DNA of 64,000 nt from Pseudobdellovibrionaceae bacterium. GTDB taxonomy: Bacteria; Bdellovibrionota; Bdellovibrionia; Bdellovibrionales; UBA1609. The notes beneath the pieces were generated by a model that worked only from the letters and a program-made list of their open reading frames with translations, was not told the origin of the DNA and ran no database searches. The stretch covers positions 1 to 64,000 of the forward strand of contig JAUVAX010000002.1 of NCBI GenBank assembly GCA_030591685.1. Reading direction: 5' to 3'. The translations under genes were made by a program, and so were the position numbers. Shown here piece by piece: positions 31,087 to 41,820 of this stretch; the stretch's first letter is position 1; each line of letters begins with the position of its first letter.

Positions 31087-32406
31087 TTATAAATTTGGTT
31101 TTTTAGGCTTCTTTTTATTGGCTAAACGGCGTGTATTGCCATTAGTTTTAATGTGTGAAAGTAGAGTTTTACTAAATTTTGAAAACTGCCCTGCAGAGTC
31201 TCCGTTATAAATATTTTGTTGAGAGGCGGCTTCCACAGTAAATTGGCTCGGCTTCATGGCCGTCGTGTTTTCAGCAACCACCCCTGTAAGACCAACACCT
31301 TGATCTAACGTAGTGAGGGCATTATAGGTGTTTATTTTTCTTTGATACCTGGTTTTACCAATAAGTGTAGGTTCTTTATCCCCAGTGAACTTTAAATATT
31401 TAATTATGGCTGCGGCTTTAAGCGTTGGGTTATTGGCCTTAATGAGTGCTGCGACTCCGCTGACAAAAGCTGTGGCCTGAGAGGTGCCGGTCATAAGCCC
31501 ATAGCTCCCCTTGCTTCTAGGGATTGTAGAGTAAATACTATGCCCTGGGGCTGCTATGTCTACTGAGTTAAGCCCGTAGTTGCTGCTTGCGAGTACGGTT
31601 TTACTTTTATTAATGGCCGTGACTGAGATAATATTATCAAGCTTATAGTCGGCCGGGTAATAGCCATGAAGGTCTGAGTTTGAGCTTTCGTTACCGGCCG
31701 CAGCCACCACAAGGATACCAAGTCTTTGAGCTTTAGCTATGACGGCTTTTTCTTTTGGGCTGGGTGATGTGCCTCCGCCAGAGTAGTTAATAATGTCAGC
31801 CCCATTTTGAATGGCATACTCAAAAGCAAGAATAGTATTTTTTAAATTATTATTATGAGTAGACAGAGGGTCATAGTATTTTAAGATCATAAGGCTCACT
31901 TTTGGGGCAACGCCACTAATGCCTATTCCGTTACCCCCGACAGCACCTATAATTCCGGCTATATGAGTGCCGTGTCCGTGGTTATCAGTGAGATTGCTAT
32001 TGTTGTCGACAAAGTTCCAGCCATGAATATCTCCCACAAACCCAAGGCGATTGTTTTTAGACTCGTTTTTATTAACCCAAAGGTTGGCTTTAATATCAGG
32101 GTGGTTTACATCAACACCTGTATCAATGACGGCGACGGTGATTTTTTTGCTCCCTTGAGTGATTCTCCAAGCTTTTTGAGTGTCTATTGAGGAGTTCCCC
32201 CATGACTTTTTCATATTAGGGTCGTTCATTAAAACCATGGTTTCTTTTTTATTTTTCTTCTGACTGGTTTTAAGTGGGCCTAACTGTGTTGACCGGCTTG
32301 CCATTTCATAGCTTTGAGTTTGCCGTGGGGTTGAAACATGTGCTGCCCCAAGCCCTACGCAGACAATTAATAATACTAATGCAGATAATCCTCGGTTTTT
32401 GCTCAT
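31087..32406 (-). CDS. Secreted subtilisin-family (S8) serine protease
   Basis: VAVIDTG, HGHGTHIAG, AAAGN and GTSQATA triad motifs; signal peptide. Confidence 0.93.
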   Translation of the reverse strand: MSKNRGLSALVLLIVCVGLGAAHVSTPRQTQSYEMASRSTQLGPLKTSQKKNKKETMVLMNDPNMKKSWGNSSIDTQKAWRITQGSKKITVAVIDTGVDVNHPDIKANLWVNKNESKNNRLGFVGDIHGWNFVDNNSNLTDNHGHGTHIAGIIGAVGGNGIGISGVAPKVSLMILKYYDPLSTHNNNLKNTILAFEYAIQNGADIINYSGGGTSPSPKEKAVIAKAQRLGILVVAAAGNESSNSDLHGYYPADYKLDNIISVTAINKSKTVLASSNYGLNSVDIAAPGHSIYSTIPRSKGSYGLMTGTSQATAFVSGVAALIKANNPTLKAAAIIKYLKFTGDKEPTLIGKTRYQRKINTYNALTTLDQGVGLTGVVAENTTAMKPSQFTVEAASQQNIYNGDSAGQFSKFSKTLLSHIKTNGNTRRLANKKKPKKPNL

Positions 32407-32445
32407 CTTTTGACCCCTTTAATGTTCCCTTTAGACATTAATAAG

Positions 32446-32462
32446 AGCAATTAAGGTGCCAA
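32446..32462 (-). promoter_or_regulatory. Sigma54 promoter
   Basis: TTGGCACCTTAATTGCT consensus match, 40 nt upstream of the S8 protease start. Confidence 0.8.
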
Positions 32463-32837
32463 GGCTGATCTTTTCAACCCACTGTAATAATTAATGAAAT
32501 ATAAAATTTGAACCCTGAAAAGTGAACATAAACTATATGAGTGTCTAACAACTATACAATTCTTTGTATCGGCCTCATACTTCTGGTGACTCTCCGTTAA
32601 TTCCCCGTGACGGCCATGATAGCATTGAAGACCTCACGGGTGAGGGCCCCATTTCAATGACATAAAATGGCCTTTTTCGCACTTAATTTTCATCTTTTTA
32701 ATGGTTTACTCAGGGGTAAGGTTAAAAACGCATTGCAATACTAAAAAGTGACCTATCGCTTGAGAAAAAAGTAGTTGCTCAATGGTTGGGTGGGCATTTA
32801 GAATTACGGTTCTTGAGAGTCAGGTACTGGGGGGTTC

Positions 32838-35198
32838 ATGGTTTTTTTTCAGGCAGCAAAAAGAGTCTTTGTTTTAATTTTTTTTATTTTCAGTCTAATA
32901 TCTTGTGATGAAGAAAATAAAGCTCAAATAGCTGGGGATTTAATACAGTCCTTCGGGGCCTCTTGTTCATCTTATGGTTCTTGGTCAAAGGTGGCTTCTA
33001 AAAACACACAAAGTTTAATTCATCAGTATGAGCAGCTAAAACACAATGACTCTTGTGCCGAGTTTTCTAAAGACTTAGAGGCCCTAAACCAACTAGCAAC
33101 AAGTATTCATAATGTGTATTCGGATCAAGGCTATATTAATTACCGTCAAACTCAAGAGGAACTACAAGAGTTGGCCTTAGCCAGCTCGTCAGCAGTGGAC
33201 CCTGTACTTATAGATGCTTTAAAAGAAGAAATGATTTCTCGGCAAGTAGACTTGGCGAGGCTGCGCGCTGAAGACACTGTGAGTGGTATTTCTCAAGACA
33301 AGGTGGGGTATCAAGATCGCTATTCTGTTTATACAAATGAGTTAAACCAACAGTTTGAAAGTATGTTTATGAAAACCCAAAGTTTATCGGCATGCTTACA
33401 GCAATCCCCAGGGGCCGTGGTGACTTTGTACTCCTCCATTGTATCTATAGCGGGGAGTTTCGTAAGCCCTATTGTGGGAACAAATATGCATATACTCTCA
33501 GGGATGATGGCGAGCTTGATGAGGTTTTTAAGGCAAAATAAACTTAATAAAGCCATTTGGGAGCTTTATGAGGCCCAAATGCCCACCGCTGTCACCTGCT
33601 CTTTAGAGCTAATGAGTAACTTTACCTGCCAAGCCGAAGATGCGGCTGATATTATAAAACTACAGGTAGAGCACATCAGTAACCCCAGCTTGCCCTCTGA
33701 TTTTTGGCAAGGGATTAATATAATTAACACCCACTTGCCGGTGATTAATGATTGGATACTTAAAGTAAAGTCAGGCACAGAGCCTCAAAACAAAGAAGAT
33801 GCCGACAGAAAAAATGTAGTTTTAGAAAAGCGTCACCTGCTGGACTCTAAGACCTCACTTGTTCGCTCTCTTTTTAATGAGTACGAAAGGCGAATTGAAA
33901 GAACAAAAGACACTAATATTCAACAAGAGCTGTTAGTTGACATGATCGACACTATATCGACGAGCTTAGCTCCGTTTAATGGTCATGTCTCTCAGAATGA
34001 CCCTTTTTATGAATTTCGCTCCAACGCTTTTGACTTTGCCTGCTACCTTGTTTTTGGAGTTGTTAGCGATTGTGATTATGATATGCAGGGTGAGAATCTT
34101 AAAGCTTACATTTTAAGGTCTGTTGCGACTAACCCAAGAACACCAAAGACCATTAGAGATATTTACTGGCCCCAAATTTATAATAATGTAAAAAGTAAAG
34201 TTGATATAGAGTTTGATGAAGTTATTTTTGTAGGCTCTAGAAGGTTAATGGCTAAGGCTCATGAGGACACCTTAGGTGAGGTCTCCCCCCGTGAAGCTTT
34301 AATGTTAATAAATGAGTTTTTAATAAACTTTAAACAAAGAAGTGAGGCGGACCACTCGACAAGAATTCCGATAATTACAGAGCGTATTTTAGAAATAAAA
34401 ACGGTGATAGAGATTATGGACAATTATGAGGGGTACTACGCAAATAAAATTAAATGCGACAATAATTTAAGCGAAGATGAGGATGAGTGTGATGAACTCA
34501 GAAACCCCCTAAGAGAAATTTATGAAATATTTCGACTGACACAAGGGGAGAGCTACTTTAATGAAATGCTTTTTGATTTTGTAAATTGGGACTTAAATGA
34601 TCGCATTAAAAACGATGAGATCCCCGAGGACATTAAAAAAATAATCTTTCAAGCCAGCAGCGAGATGTTTAGGCGTCTTATAGCCGCAGGGCATGATAAC
34701 TACTATAATATTATGCGTGATTTAGATACCGCTCGTATTGAATCAGAGGCCAACATAAACAGTTTTAGAAAGTTCATGTTTGATTCGTTACCTAAAATGA
34801 TCAAAAGCCTTAGCGACAAGGCTAAAGAAAACGGTGAGACCAATGAAGATGCTTTTAACCGAAAGTACTCTCAACAATTAGCTCACCTGTGCACTATGAT
34901 ATTTGTTACCGGTCAAGATTGGCCAGATAAATCGAGTAAAAAAATATGTAACCGCTCTGTTTTAATGTCCCCCAATGTAGGGTTAGACCGCGAGTTGAGT
35001 ATTAAAATATCAAGTTTACGAGGCGAGCTCGAAAAAATTAAAAAACCTGTTCAAAGAAAAAAGGCACGAAGCTGCATTTATTATAATTTTCTACGAGCCA
35101 ATCGTATAGCTGAAGTGATGGCTAAGGCCTTGCCCCGAAAGGGCGCCGGTGAACTTTTAGAGTCTCTTTACTTAAACCTTGAGAGCGTAAACCCCTAA
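32838..35198 (+). CDS. Large hypothetical lipoprotein
   Basis: LISC lipobox-like motif; 786 aa, helical, multiple Cys. Confidence 0.7.
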   Translation: MVFFQAAKRVFVLIFFIFSLISCDEENKAQIAGDLIQSFGASCSSYGSWSKVASKNTQSLIHQYEQLKHNDSCAEFSKDLEALNQLATSIHNVYSDQGYINYRQTQEELQELALASSSAVDPVLIDALKEEMISRQVDLARLRAEDTVSGISQDKVGYQDRYSVYTNELNQQFESMFMKTQSLSACLQQSPGAVVTLYSSIVSIAGSFVSPIVGTNMHILSGMMASLMRFLRQNKLNKAIWELYEAQMPTAVTCSLELMSNFTCQAEDAADIIKLQVEHISNPSLPSDFWQGINIINTHLPVINDWILKVKSGTEPQNKEDADRKNVVLEKRHLLDSKTSLVRSLFNEYERRIERTKDTNIQQELLVDMIDTISTSLAPFNGHVSQNDPFYEFRSNAFDFACYLVFGVVSDCDYDMQGENLKAYILRSVATNPRTPKTIRDIYWPQIYNNVKSKVDIEFDEVIFVGSRRLMAKAHEDTLGEVSPREALMLINEFLINFKQRSEADHSTRIPIITERILEIKTVIEIMDNYEGYYANKIKCDNNLSEDEDECDELRNPLREIYEIFRLTQGESYFNEMLFDFVNWDLNDRIKNDEIPEDIKKIIFQASSEMFRRLIAAGHDNYYNIMRDLDTARIESEANINSFRKFMFDSLPKMIKSLSDKAKENGETNEDAFNRKYSQQLAHLCTMIFVTGQDWPDKSSKKICNRSVLMSPNVGLDRELSIKISSLRGELEKIKKPVQRKKARSCIYYNFLRANRIAEVMAKALPRKGAGELLESLYLNLESVNP

Positions 35199-35201
35199 GG
35201 C

Positions 35202-35900
35202 TTAGTAAGTTAGGTTTTCGTAGTACTTAATGATAGCTTGTAGAGCCTGTTTTTTGGGGCCTTGAGCTTTTTTAACATCCTCGTAAATGGATATTTTAGT
35301 GTACCCTAAAAATATATGTCGCTGAGTTATTTTTTGTAAAAAATCACTCATGCTGGCTCTTCTCCAGGCTTGGTCAAACTCTCTAACACTCGAGTGGGTG
35401 CTGCGAGGAAACCAGTTTATTTTTTCTTTAGGGTTGTCCACATAGTCGTGACTATTAGGTGAACCCAGTTCAAACCAGTGTTGAGCGGCCTTAATTATTT
35501 GAATATGAGAGCGCTCGTAATAGTTTTTAAGGTCATACACTCCGTACTTTGCAGCGATTAAAAGAACTTTATAATCAGCCAGGGCCTGTGCCAGGGCCCA
35601 TGAGATATAAACAGGGGAGGCTGCCATAAGGTGCTGGTTGTAAGTGAGGCTAAATTTATTTGAGCTTAAAGATACAGAGAAAAGTTTTTTATTGCTTATG
35701 TCGTCAAAAAAAAGAGTATCGAAAAGTTTTTCGTACCCATTTTCAGATACAGGGCTTAAAAGTTCACGCCCTGTTGGGGTTTGTTGCACATTATAGATAG
35801 ATAGACGTACTTGCCTTCTTGGCAACGTGTCAGCAGCTGCAAAATTGGACTGAAAAATAAGACCCGCAAAAATAATACATGTAGATATAATAAGCTTCAT
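35202..35900 (-). CDS. Hypothetical exported protein
   Basis: Signal peptide ending FAAA-D; 232 aa. Confidence 0.6.
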   Translation of the reverse strand: MKLIISTCIIFAGLIFQSNFAAADTLPRRQVRLSIYNVQQTPTGRELLSPVSENGYEKLFDTLFFDDISNKKLFSVSLSSNKFSLTYNQHLMAASPVYISWALAQALADYKVLLIAAKYGVYDLKNYYERSHIQIIKAAQHWFELGSPNSHDYVDNPKEKINWFPRSTHSSVREFDQAWRRASMSDFLQKITQRHIFLGYTKISIYEDVKKAQGPKKQALQAIIKYYENLTY

Positions 35901-35972
35901 TTACCCAGCCCCCTGAAAGTAAGTATTTAAAAAATTAATACATCGAGTCAGGCTGGTCGTCAAGGGAGATAG

Positions 35973-36629
35973 CTATAATTTAATCACAACCCATGCGGAG
36001 GCGGTCATAATAAAGGCGTTTTTCCACTCTGCGCCTAAATCACGGGCGAGGTTATCAAGGTTAAACTGAGAGTCTGCAAAGCCCTCAACGGTCACAGTGG
36101 CGTTGAGGGGCTTTATAATCCCCGCTTCAAAAGCCATTTGCATTTTTTGACTGACCTTGTATCTCATGCCCACGTGGACATTTAAGCTGTGCAAGTTGGA
36201 CTTCACCGTAAAATCATCATTTAAAAAATATTTATTAAAATCGATAAAATCATTCATCATGCCACCGTCGGCATGACCCTTGCCGCCAATAAAACCAGTG
36301 TAGCCCCCGTCGATGTAAAACTTTGTTGAGCTTTTTGATCGCCATCCCCCGCGAAGGTCAATGACAATACTGTCTCCAATAGATTTACTGTTAATTTTAC
36401 TGGCCTCTACAGTTGTGCCCAATGTAAAGGTATCAACCATTCCGGAATAAAATTCAGGTAAATATCCAACTCCCGCAGAGGCATAAAAGGAGTCGTTAAT
36501 GTCCCCATGGGCTCGGATTCCGATTTGTATGGGTAGTTCTGTGCCCATTTCAACCGTGAGCTTGTCTAAAAACTGAGCCTGAGAAATATGACAAAATAAA
36601 AGTAACATAACAGTGAGCCATTTGTTCAT
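35973..36629 (-). CDS. Putative small outer-membrane beta-barrel protein
   Basis: Signal peptide SQA-Q; alternating beta-strand pattern (FYASAGVGY, FYIDGGY, HVGMRY). Confidence 0.6.
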   Translation of the reverse strand: MNKWLTVMLLLFCHISQAQFLDKLTVEMGTELPIQIGIRAHGDINDSFYASAGVGYLPEFYSGMVDTFTLGTTVEASKINSKSIGDSIVIDLRGGWRSKSSTKFYIDGGYTGFIGGKGHADGGMMNDFIDFNKYFLNDDFTVKSNLHSLNVHVGMRYKVSQKMQMAFEAGIIKPLNATVTVEGFADSQFNLDNLARDLGAEWKNAFIMTASAWVVIKL

Positions 36630-36770
36630 ACTTAAAACCCCATTAAAAATAGTGTTAAAAAAATATTAGATCATAATATTGGGTTAAAGATAAATTAATT
36701 TCAATTGACCACGCGTTGTATTATGTTTTACTGCCGCTTCTATGAATTTTTTTCTTCTGCGAGGCCCCTA

Positions 36771-37415
36771 ATGGTAGATATTCATCCACATTTAAAAAAC
36801 ATTGACCATGTTATATGGGATTGGAATGGAACCCTTTTTAACGACATGGACACCGTTATGGTCGCCTTGTCACAAATTATGACAAAGTATAGCTTAAAGC
36901 CACTTTCAAGAGAGCAGTACTTAGAGCACTTTGGGTTTCCCATAGTAGATTTTTATAAAAAGGTGGGTTTTAATTTAACAGACGTTGATTTTAATACAGT
37001 GAGCGAGGAGTTTCATAAAGTTTACGCAGAACATATTCATTTAAGCCAAATCTTTACGGGGGCCGAAAACACTTTAAGCCTTGTAAAAAAACTAAACTTA
37101 AAGCAGTCGGTGTTAACAGCGGCCTTTCAAAACCACATTGAGTATTGGTTAAATAAATATAACCTTGAAAAGTACTTTGACCATGTTTTCGGCCTGTCTG
37201 ATAAATTAGCTCATAGTAAAATGGCAAGGGGTGAGGAGCTGATGAGGGCTTCGGGCTCAACCCCTGAGAGAACCCTTCTTTTGGGAGATACGGATCATGA
37301 CCTTGAGGTGGGTCAACACTTAGGGGTAAAGGTTATACTTTTAACTCAAGGCCATCAGTGCCCTCAGCGTTTAAAAGCAAAACATAAAATGGTATTGCAT
37401 CGTAAAACTATTTAA
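36771..37415 (+). CDS. HAD-superfamily hydrolase
   Basis: IWDWNGTL motif I and LLGDTDHD motif IV; ATG 36771 preferred. Confidence 0.88.
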   Translation: MVDIHPHLKNIDHVIWDWNGTLFNDMDTVMVALSQIMTKYSLKPLSREQYLEHFGFPIVDFYKKVGFNLTDVDFNTVSEEFHKVYAEHIHLSQIFTGAENTLSLVKKLNLKQSVLTAAFQNHIEYWLNKYNLEKYFDHVFGLSDKLAHSKMARGEELMRASGSTPERTLLLGDTDHDLEVGQHLGVKVILLTQGHQCPQRLKAKHKMVLHRKTI

Positions 37416-37420
37416 AGATA

Positions 37421-40189
37421 TTAAAATTCACGTTGAGTGCCAACCCACCACTGGTGGTTTAATTTATTGTCATAGGAGCTTCTGCCGCTGAGGGTTTCAA
37501 GGGTTAACTCAAACTTATGTGCCAAAAGTAATGTTAATTCGAGGCCTAATAGGTGTTCATTTATTTGAGTATATTCTTTAGTGTTTGGTTTTCTGTAGGC
37601 AAGAAGCGTTTCAGAAATAAAGGGGACCACCTTTTTAATACCAAAGGGTATTTTATTAAAATAAAAATCCCAAGGTAGTGGTTTAGTCAATTTTAGTTGA
37701 GCTTTATAGGCGGCTGTTGTTTTGATAGGGACTCCCAACGAGGGCAATCTGAAATCGGTGAGGCTAGAGGCCGTAGAACTAATTCGAATATCTGATGAGT
37801 CGGCTTCGGCGTAACTTAACTGACCCGTGAGGTAATCTTGTGAGTAGACGTCATGAGTGGTCGTAAGGTGCAAAGTGTATACGGGGCGTAAATTGACCTC
37901 ACGGTACTTTATAGATGTAAAATAATAATGCTTAGGTAAATGAGCAAGTCGGTATTTAATGGAGTGACTTAAATTTAAACTCGCCTCGTAAGTATTTTCA
38001 TAGTCGCTAAAAAACTCGTCCTCAAGCCAAGAGTAGTCGAGTAAAAAATCACCCTTCCAGTGCCCTTTGCGAAGCCAAGGATATTTTGTTTGAACTTCAA
38101 AGAGGGTGTTGTTGTAGGCTTTTATTAGCTGACCATCTAATGTGACATCTAACTGCGGGTCATTTGTGTACCGCACACTCCAGCCCCATCTATAAAGGGA
38201 GTTTTTGTACAAGGCTGAGTACCCAGAGGTATCAACATTTGTTTTAAAGCCACTTACAGATACTGACTGTGTTAGCAGTGGGTCGTTGAAGTTTGCTCCG
38301 ATGAGTGCTTTGAAGACGTTATTATATGAGCTTAAAGAGGCCAGTAAATAACTATATCGCAATTGATAAATAGAGTTGTAGGGCTTTAATTGGTCAGGGT
38401 TAATTTTAATGGATTTAAAAGTCGAGTTGCTGATTTCGTTATTATCAAAACTAAAGCGTTTATTAAAGGGCTGAGAGAGTTCGTTCAGGTCGGCGCTGGC
38501 CACAAAAGTTGTATATCCTGAACCGGTGGCTTGAGTAATGACAAACCTTTGATCTTGTATGTGTTTTGCACCAACAACTGTATCAGCTGTAAATAGTCTA
38601 TGGGTCTTATCTGATTTTAAGTTGTACTTATATAAGCTAGACCCATATGGGGTTGGTGCTGTAAAAAAGATATCTCCGTTTGGGGCAATGTCTTGTAGTT
38701 CAAAAGAGTACCCCTTGTATATTGCCAATACGGCTTTGTTTTTTAAAAGAAGTGTTGATTGACCCTTTCGTTGAAAGTAATAAATGTGCCCTTGAGGGCC
38801 AAACATAGGCTCGCCAAAACTTGAGTCATATGCCTTATCATCTAAGTAAAAATGATTATTTAAAAAGCCGTGAGTTAAATTAAAAGATAAAACTCGTGGC
38901 TTTGAGGGGGCGAGAGCCTCTGCTGTGGGCTCTTTACTTGGTCCCAAGTTAACATTGGTAAGGGCTGCGGGTGGGTGCGAGCCAGGGCCCATTTGGGGTG
39001 GTAAAAAGTGAAAGTCTACATTCACTTGGTTAAAATATTTATCAAGCCGATGGTAGCCCGGCTTATAAAGGCCTGAGTAGGTTCCGAGGCCTTTATAATC
39101 TTGCTGCACCTGAGCTTGAGAGACGTATTTATTTTCGAACTCAAAAACTCGGCCCACAGGCAAATCGGTTACACGGCTTGACCATTGGTTTTTGAGTAGT
39201 GAGTACGCATGCAATCGCTTATATACCCTGTGGTCTGTAGAAATAAAAACAATTTTATTGTGAGCCTTATTAAGTTTTGGTATGTGTACCGAGTGTACAG
39301 ATTCTAAGGTGTTGGGGATAGATTTTTGATGAAGGCTGAGTTTATTATAAAACTCAGTGAATTCATTAAAAAGTTGAGTAAAAGATTTACCAAATTGTCT
39401 AAGGTGAGACTTATTAATTAATAGAGGGTTGATCCATCGCTTGGCGTGTTCTTTAAAAAATTGATTAGTTTTAACTTCGCCGTATTGTTCGGCAAGGTAA
39501 GCAAAGTAAAGCCCTCCAATGCTGTATTTTTCGCGTCCGTAGGGATATCTGTCGTGGTTATTTAAAAATAAATCTTCGTTGACGGCACGGGCTTTAAAAA
39601 GGGCTAATGTGTGAGCCCATATTGAGGCGGTGTACAATCGCCCACCAAGCCCAAACCGGGACTCATTAAAAACGGCATTTCCCTCTAAAAAGGCATTTGG
39701 TAAAAAGATATTAGGAAGAGTAAAAAAAGGAAGAGGCAGAGGCATCATATTGTTGCCAAATATTTTTTTGAAGACAGCTGGCAGGGTGTCTTTAACGTTT
39801 AATTGGTAAAGATGTGCCGTTTCATGAACGACGAGAGCGTCGACCCATGACCTCATTGAGAAATGAGCATTGTCCCCAATCCCTCCGGGGTAAAAGAGGG
39901 TGAGGTTATTAGGTAAAACCGTTGCAAAGGCATTTTTAATTTGTTGCCTTGATGAGGCTAGCGCCAGCGATGTTTGCTCATCAAGCGCCCAGTTATAGGA
40001 TTGCTCATATTCAAATTTTAACCACCGATTGAAGGGCGCAATAAGTTTAAGGTTTTGTTGGTCGCTTTGAGAAACGATGTAGTTGTAATTATCACTGAAG
40101 TAGCTTTTATAGCTCACATCGGAGGGGGCTATTTGGGCTTGTACCAGTGGAGCGATAAAAAATAAGAATCCTAGTGCCATAAATTTCAT
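37421..40189 (-). CDS. Outer-membrane protein with N-terminal HExxH metallopeptidase-like domain and C-terminal beta-barrel
   Basis: Signal peptide VQA-Q; VVHETAH plus downstream LEGNAV; beta-rich middle and C-terminus ending in F. Confidence 0.65.
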   Translation of the reverse strand: MKFMALGFLFFIAPLVQAQIAPSDVSYKSYFSDNYNYIVSQSDQQNLKLIAPFNRWLKFEYEQSYNWALDEQTSLALASSRQQIKNAFATVLPNNLTLFYPGGIGDNAHFSMRSWVDALVVHETAHLYQLNVKDTLPAVFKKIFGNNMMPLPLPFFTLPNIFLPNAFLEGNAVFNESRFGLGGRLYTASIWAHTLALFKARAVNEDLFLNNHDRYPYGREKYSIGGLYFAYLAEQYGEVKTNQFFKEHAKRWINPLLINKSHLRQFGKSFTQLFNEFTEFYNKLSLHQKSIPNTLESVHSVHIPKLNKAHNKIVFISTDHRVYKRLHAYSLLKNQWSSRVTDLPVGRVFEFENKYVSQAQVQQDYKGLGTYSGLYKPGYHRLDKYFNQVNVDFHFLPPQMGPGSHPPAALTNVNLGPSKEPTAEALAPSKPRVLSFNLTHGFLNNHFYLDDKAYDSSFGEPMFGPQGHIYYFQRKGQSTLLLKNKAVLAIYKGYSFELQDIAPNGDIFFTAPTPYGSSLYKYNLKSDKTHRLFTADTVVGAKHIQDQRFVITQATGSGYTTFVASADLNELSQPFNKRFSFDNNEISNSTFKSIKINPDQLKPYNSIYQLRYSYLLASLSSYNNVFKALIGANFNDPLLTQSVSVSGFKTNVDTSGYSALYKNSLYRWGWSVRYTNDPQLDVTLDGQLIKAYNNTLFEVQTKYPWLRKGHWKGDFLLDYSWLEDEFFSDYENTYEASLNLSHSIKYRLAHLPKHYYFTSIKYREVNLRPVYTLHLTTTHDVYSQDYLTGQLSYAEADSSDIRISSTASSLTDFRLPSLGVPIKTTAAYKAQLKLTKPLPWDFYFNKIPFGIKKVVPFISETLLAYRKPNTKEYTQINEHLLGLELTLLLAHKFELTLETLSGRSSYDNKLNHQWWVGTQREF

Positions 40190-40242
40190 TTTGATGTTAG
40201 TAATGGATTAATTACAATAATACAAATAGTTCTGGAGGTAAG

Positions 40243-40614
40243 TTGTCATTAGCCATTTTAATAGCAGTCTTTGGTGCCTTTGGAGCTGTTAGTCGTTATT
40301 TTGTTTCTTTGTATTTTTCACAAACTCAATTTCCCCTGGGGACGCTGTCAGTTAACTTGCTGGGAAGTGTTTTGATTGGAGTTTTATTTGCGTTACGGCA
40401 AAATCATGTCGTGTTGGGTTCAGAGGCTGTACATATGGCTGTGATAGTGGGGTTTTTAGGGGCTTTTACTACTTTTTCGGCATTTAGTATGGAGTCGGTG
40501 AATTTGCTTAATTCAGGGGCTTACACGTATTTTTCGTTGAACATATTACTAAATGTTGCCCTGTGCCTTTTAGGCACTTTTTTAGGGCATAAGTTCACTT
40601 CTATTTTAATATAA
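40243..40614 (+). CDS. crcB: Fluoride channel Fluc/CrcB
   Basis: GAFGAVSRY, FPLGTLSVN and GFLGAFTTFSAF motifs; GGAGG RBS. Confidence 0.92.
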   Translation: MSLAILIAVFGAFGAVSRYFVSLYFSQTQFPLGTLSVNLLGSVLIGVLFALRQNHVVLGSEAVHMAVIVGFLGAFTTFSAFSMESVNLLNSGAYTYFSLNILLNVALCLLGTFLGHKFTSILI

Positions 40615-40824
40615 TTTATATTTTTTATGATCTGCCGGTTTTATTTTAGGGAGAATTTTAGAGTTTAAAAAAATTATACGCTCAGTTCCATAGGGGCCCT
40701 ATAATAAATTTGCAGTTTAAGAAAGAATTTTCTAAATTCCTCAAGGTATTGATGTTTTTGTTTTTTTGCGTTATGGTGCCCTCACTAAACAAGAAGCTTA
40801 TGCGAATGAAAGGGAGGTCCAGGC

Positions 40825-41460
40825 GTGGATAACCTCACTCCAGAAATGGAAAATGAAAACGGAAGTGAAACTGTAAACTTTGTTGAAGAAGTGAACGAAG
40901 TTGAGGCTGGTGTGACCAACCCTATTGAAGCGGCAGGGTCAGAGGTAGAAAACTCTGAAAACGTGACTCAAGAGACTTTGGCTGAAGAGCCTAAAGCTGT
41001 CGATGATTATCCAGAACAGTTTCATGTTGCTGCAGTGCCATTTGTTGAAGAAGAATTAGCTATTTTCGACGAAGAAATAACGGCAATTGATGAGGATTTA
41101 AAAAAATTAGATGAAGTAGATAATATTTTATCTCTAAAAGAGTCTGAGTATCCGGTGTTTACTTTAGCAAAAAACAAGGCTCGCTTTTTAAGAATGCTTT
41201 CTTGGTATAAAGGCAAAGAGGAGTGGTTAGATGTGGCTCCATTAAGCGGAGCTTCAAAGCTTTTTAAACAGCAGAGTAAAGAGCTTGAGGGTATTCGCTC
41301 CAACAAACTTGATTATGAAATGGAGCTTGAAACAGGTACTCTTACGCCCAGCCAACGCTCTTACCGAAAAGATGAGCTTAAAATGTGTAAAGTTCACGAA
41401 AAAATGGCCGTTCATTTGATTTCAAGAATGCAAATAAAAATTAAATCAGGTCGCAGGTAA
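40825..41460 (+). CDS. Hypothetical protein with acidic N-terminus and basic helical C-terminus
   Basis: 211 aa ORF; GGGAGG RBS before GTG. Confidence 0.75.
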   Translation: MDNLTPEMENENGSETVNFVEEVNEVEAGVTNPIEAAGSEVENSENVTQETLAEEPKAVDDYPEQFHVAAVPFVEEELAIFDEEITAIDEDLKKLDEVDNILSLKESEYPVFTLAKNKARFLRMLSWYKGKEEWLDVAPLSGASKLFKQQSKELEGIRSNKLDYEMELETGTLTPSQRSYRKDELKMCKVHEKMAVHLISRMQIKIKSGRR

Positions 41461-41820
41461 GGCGACCTTTCAGCTAAGACTGTGCTGATTTATGTTGAGT
41501 CTCTGTTGTTAATCACTGAGTGTTTTAGTTCTAAGGCGCTCATCATATTGGATCATTTTTTAGTGAAAGCTCTATCAATGTGAGGCGAAGAGCCTCAGGT
41601 TATGTTTAATTTTGAGTGCCCTAGGGCTTCAGGCTCCACAGGTGACTTTTTTGATACATTTGTTCAAGCAAAATCTTAATAAAATCGATATGTTATAGCT
41701 TAGCCCCTCATCTCATAAAAATACCCCTTTATTTCTCAAACTGAACCGCCGAAGAGGTGTTGTGAGTCAGAGATAGGACTTAAAATTTAAAATGGACGTT
41801 AACAATGTCGGAGGTTATAA

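Noticed and set aside
40190..40242. Fluoride riboswitch upstream of crcB
   Set aside because: Only about 50 nt of AT-rich spacer, lacking the GGCGAUG..GCC..UGAUG core
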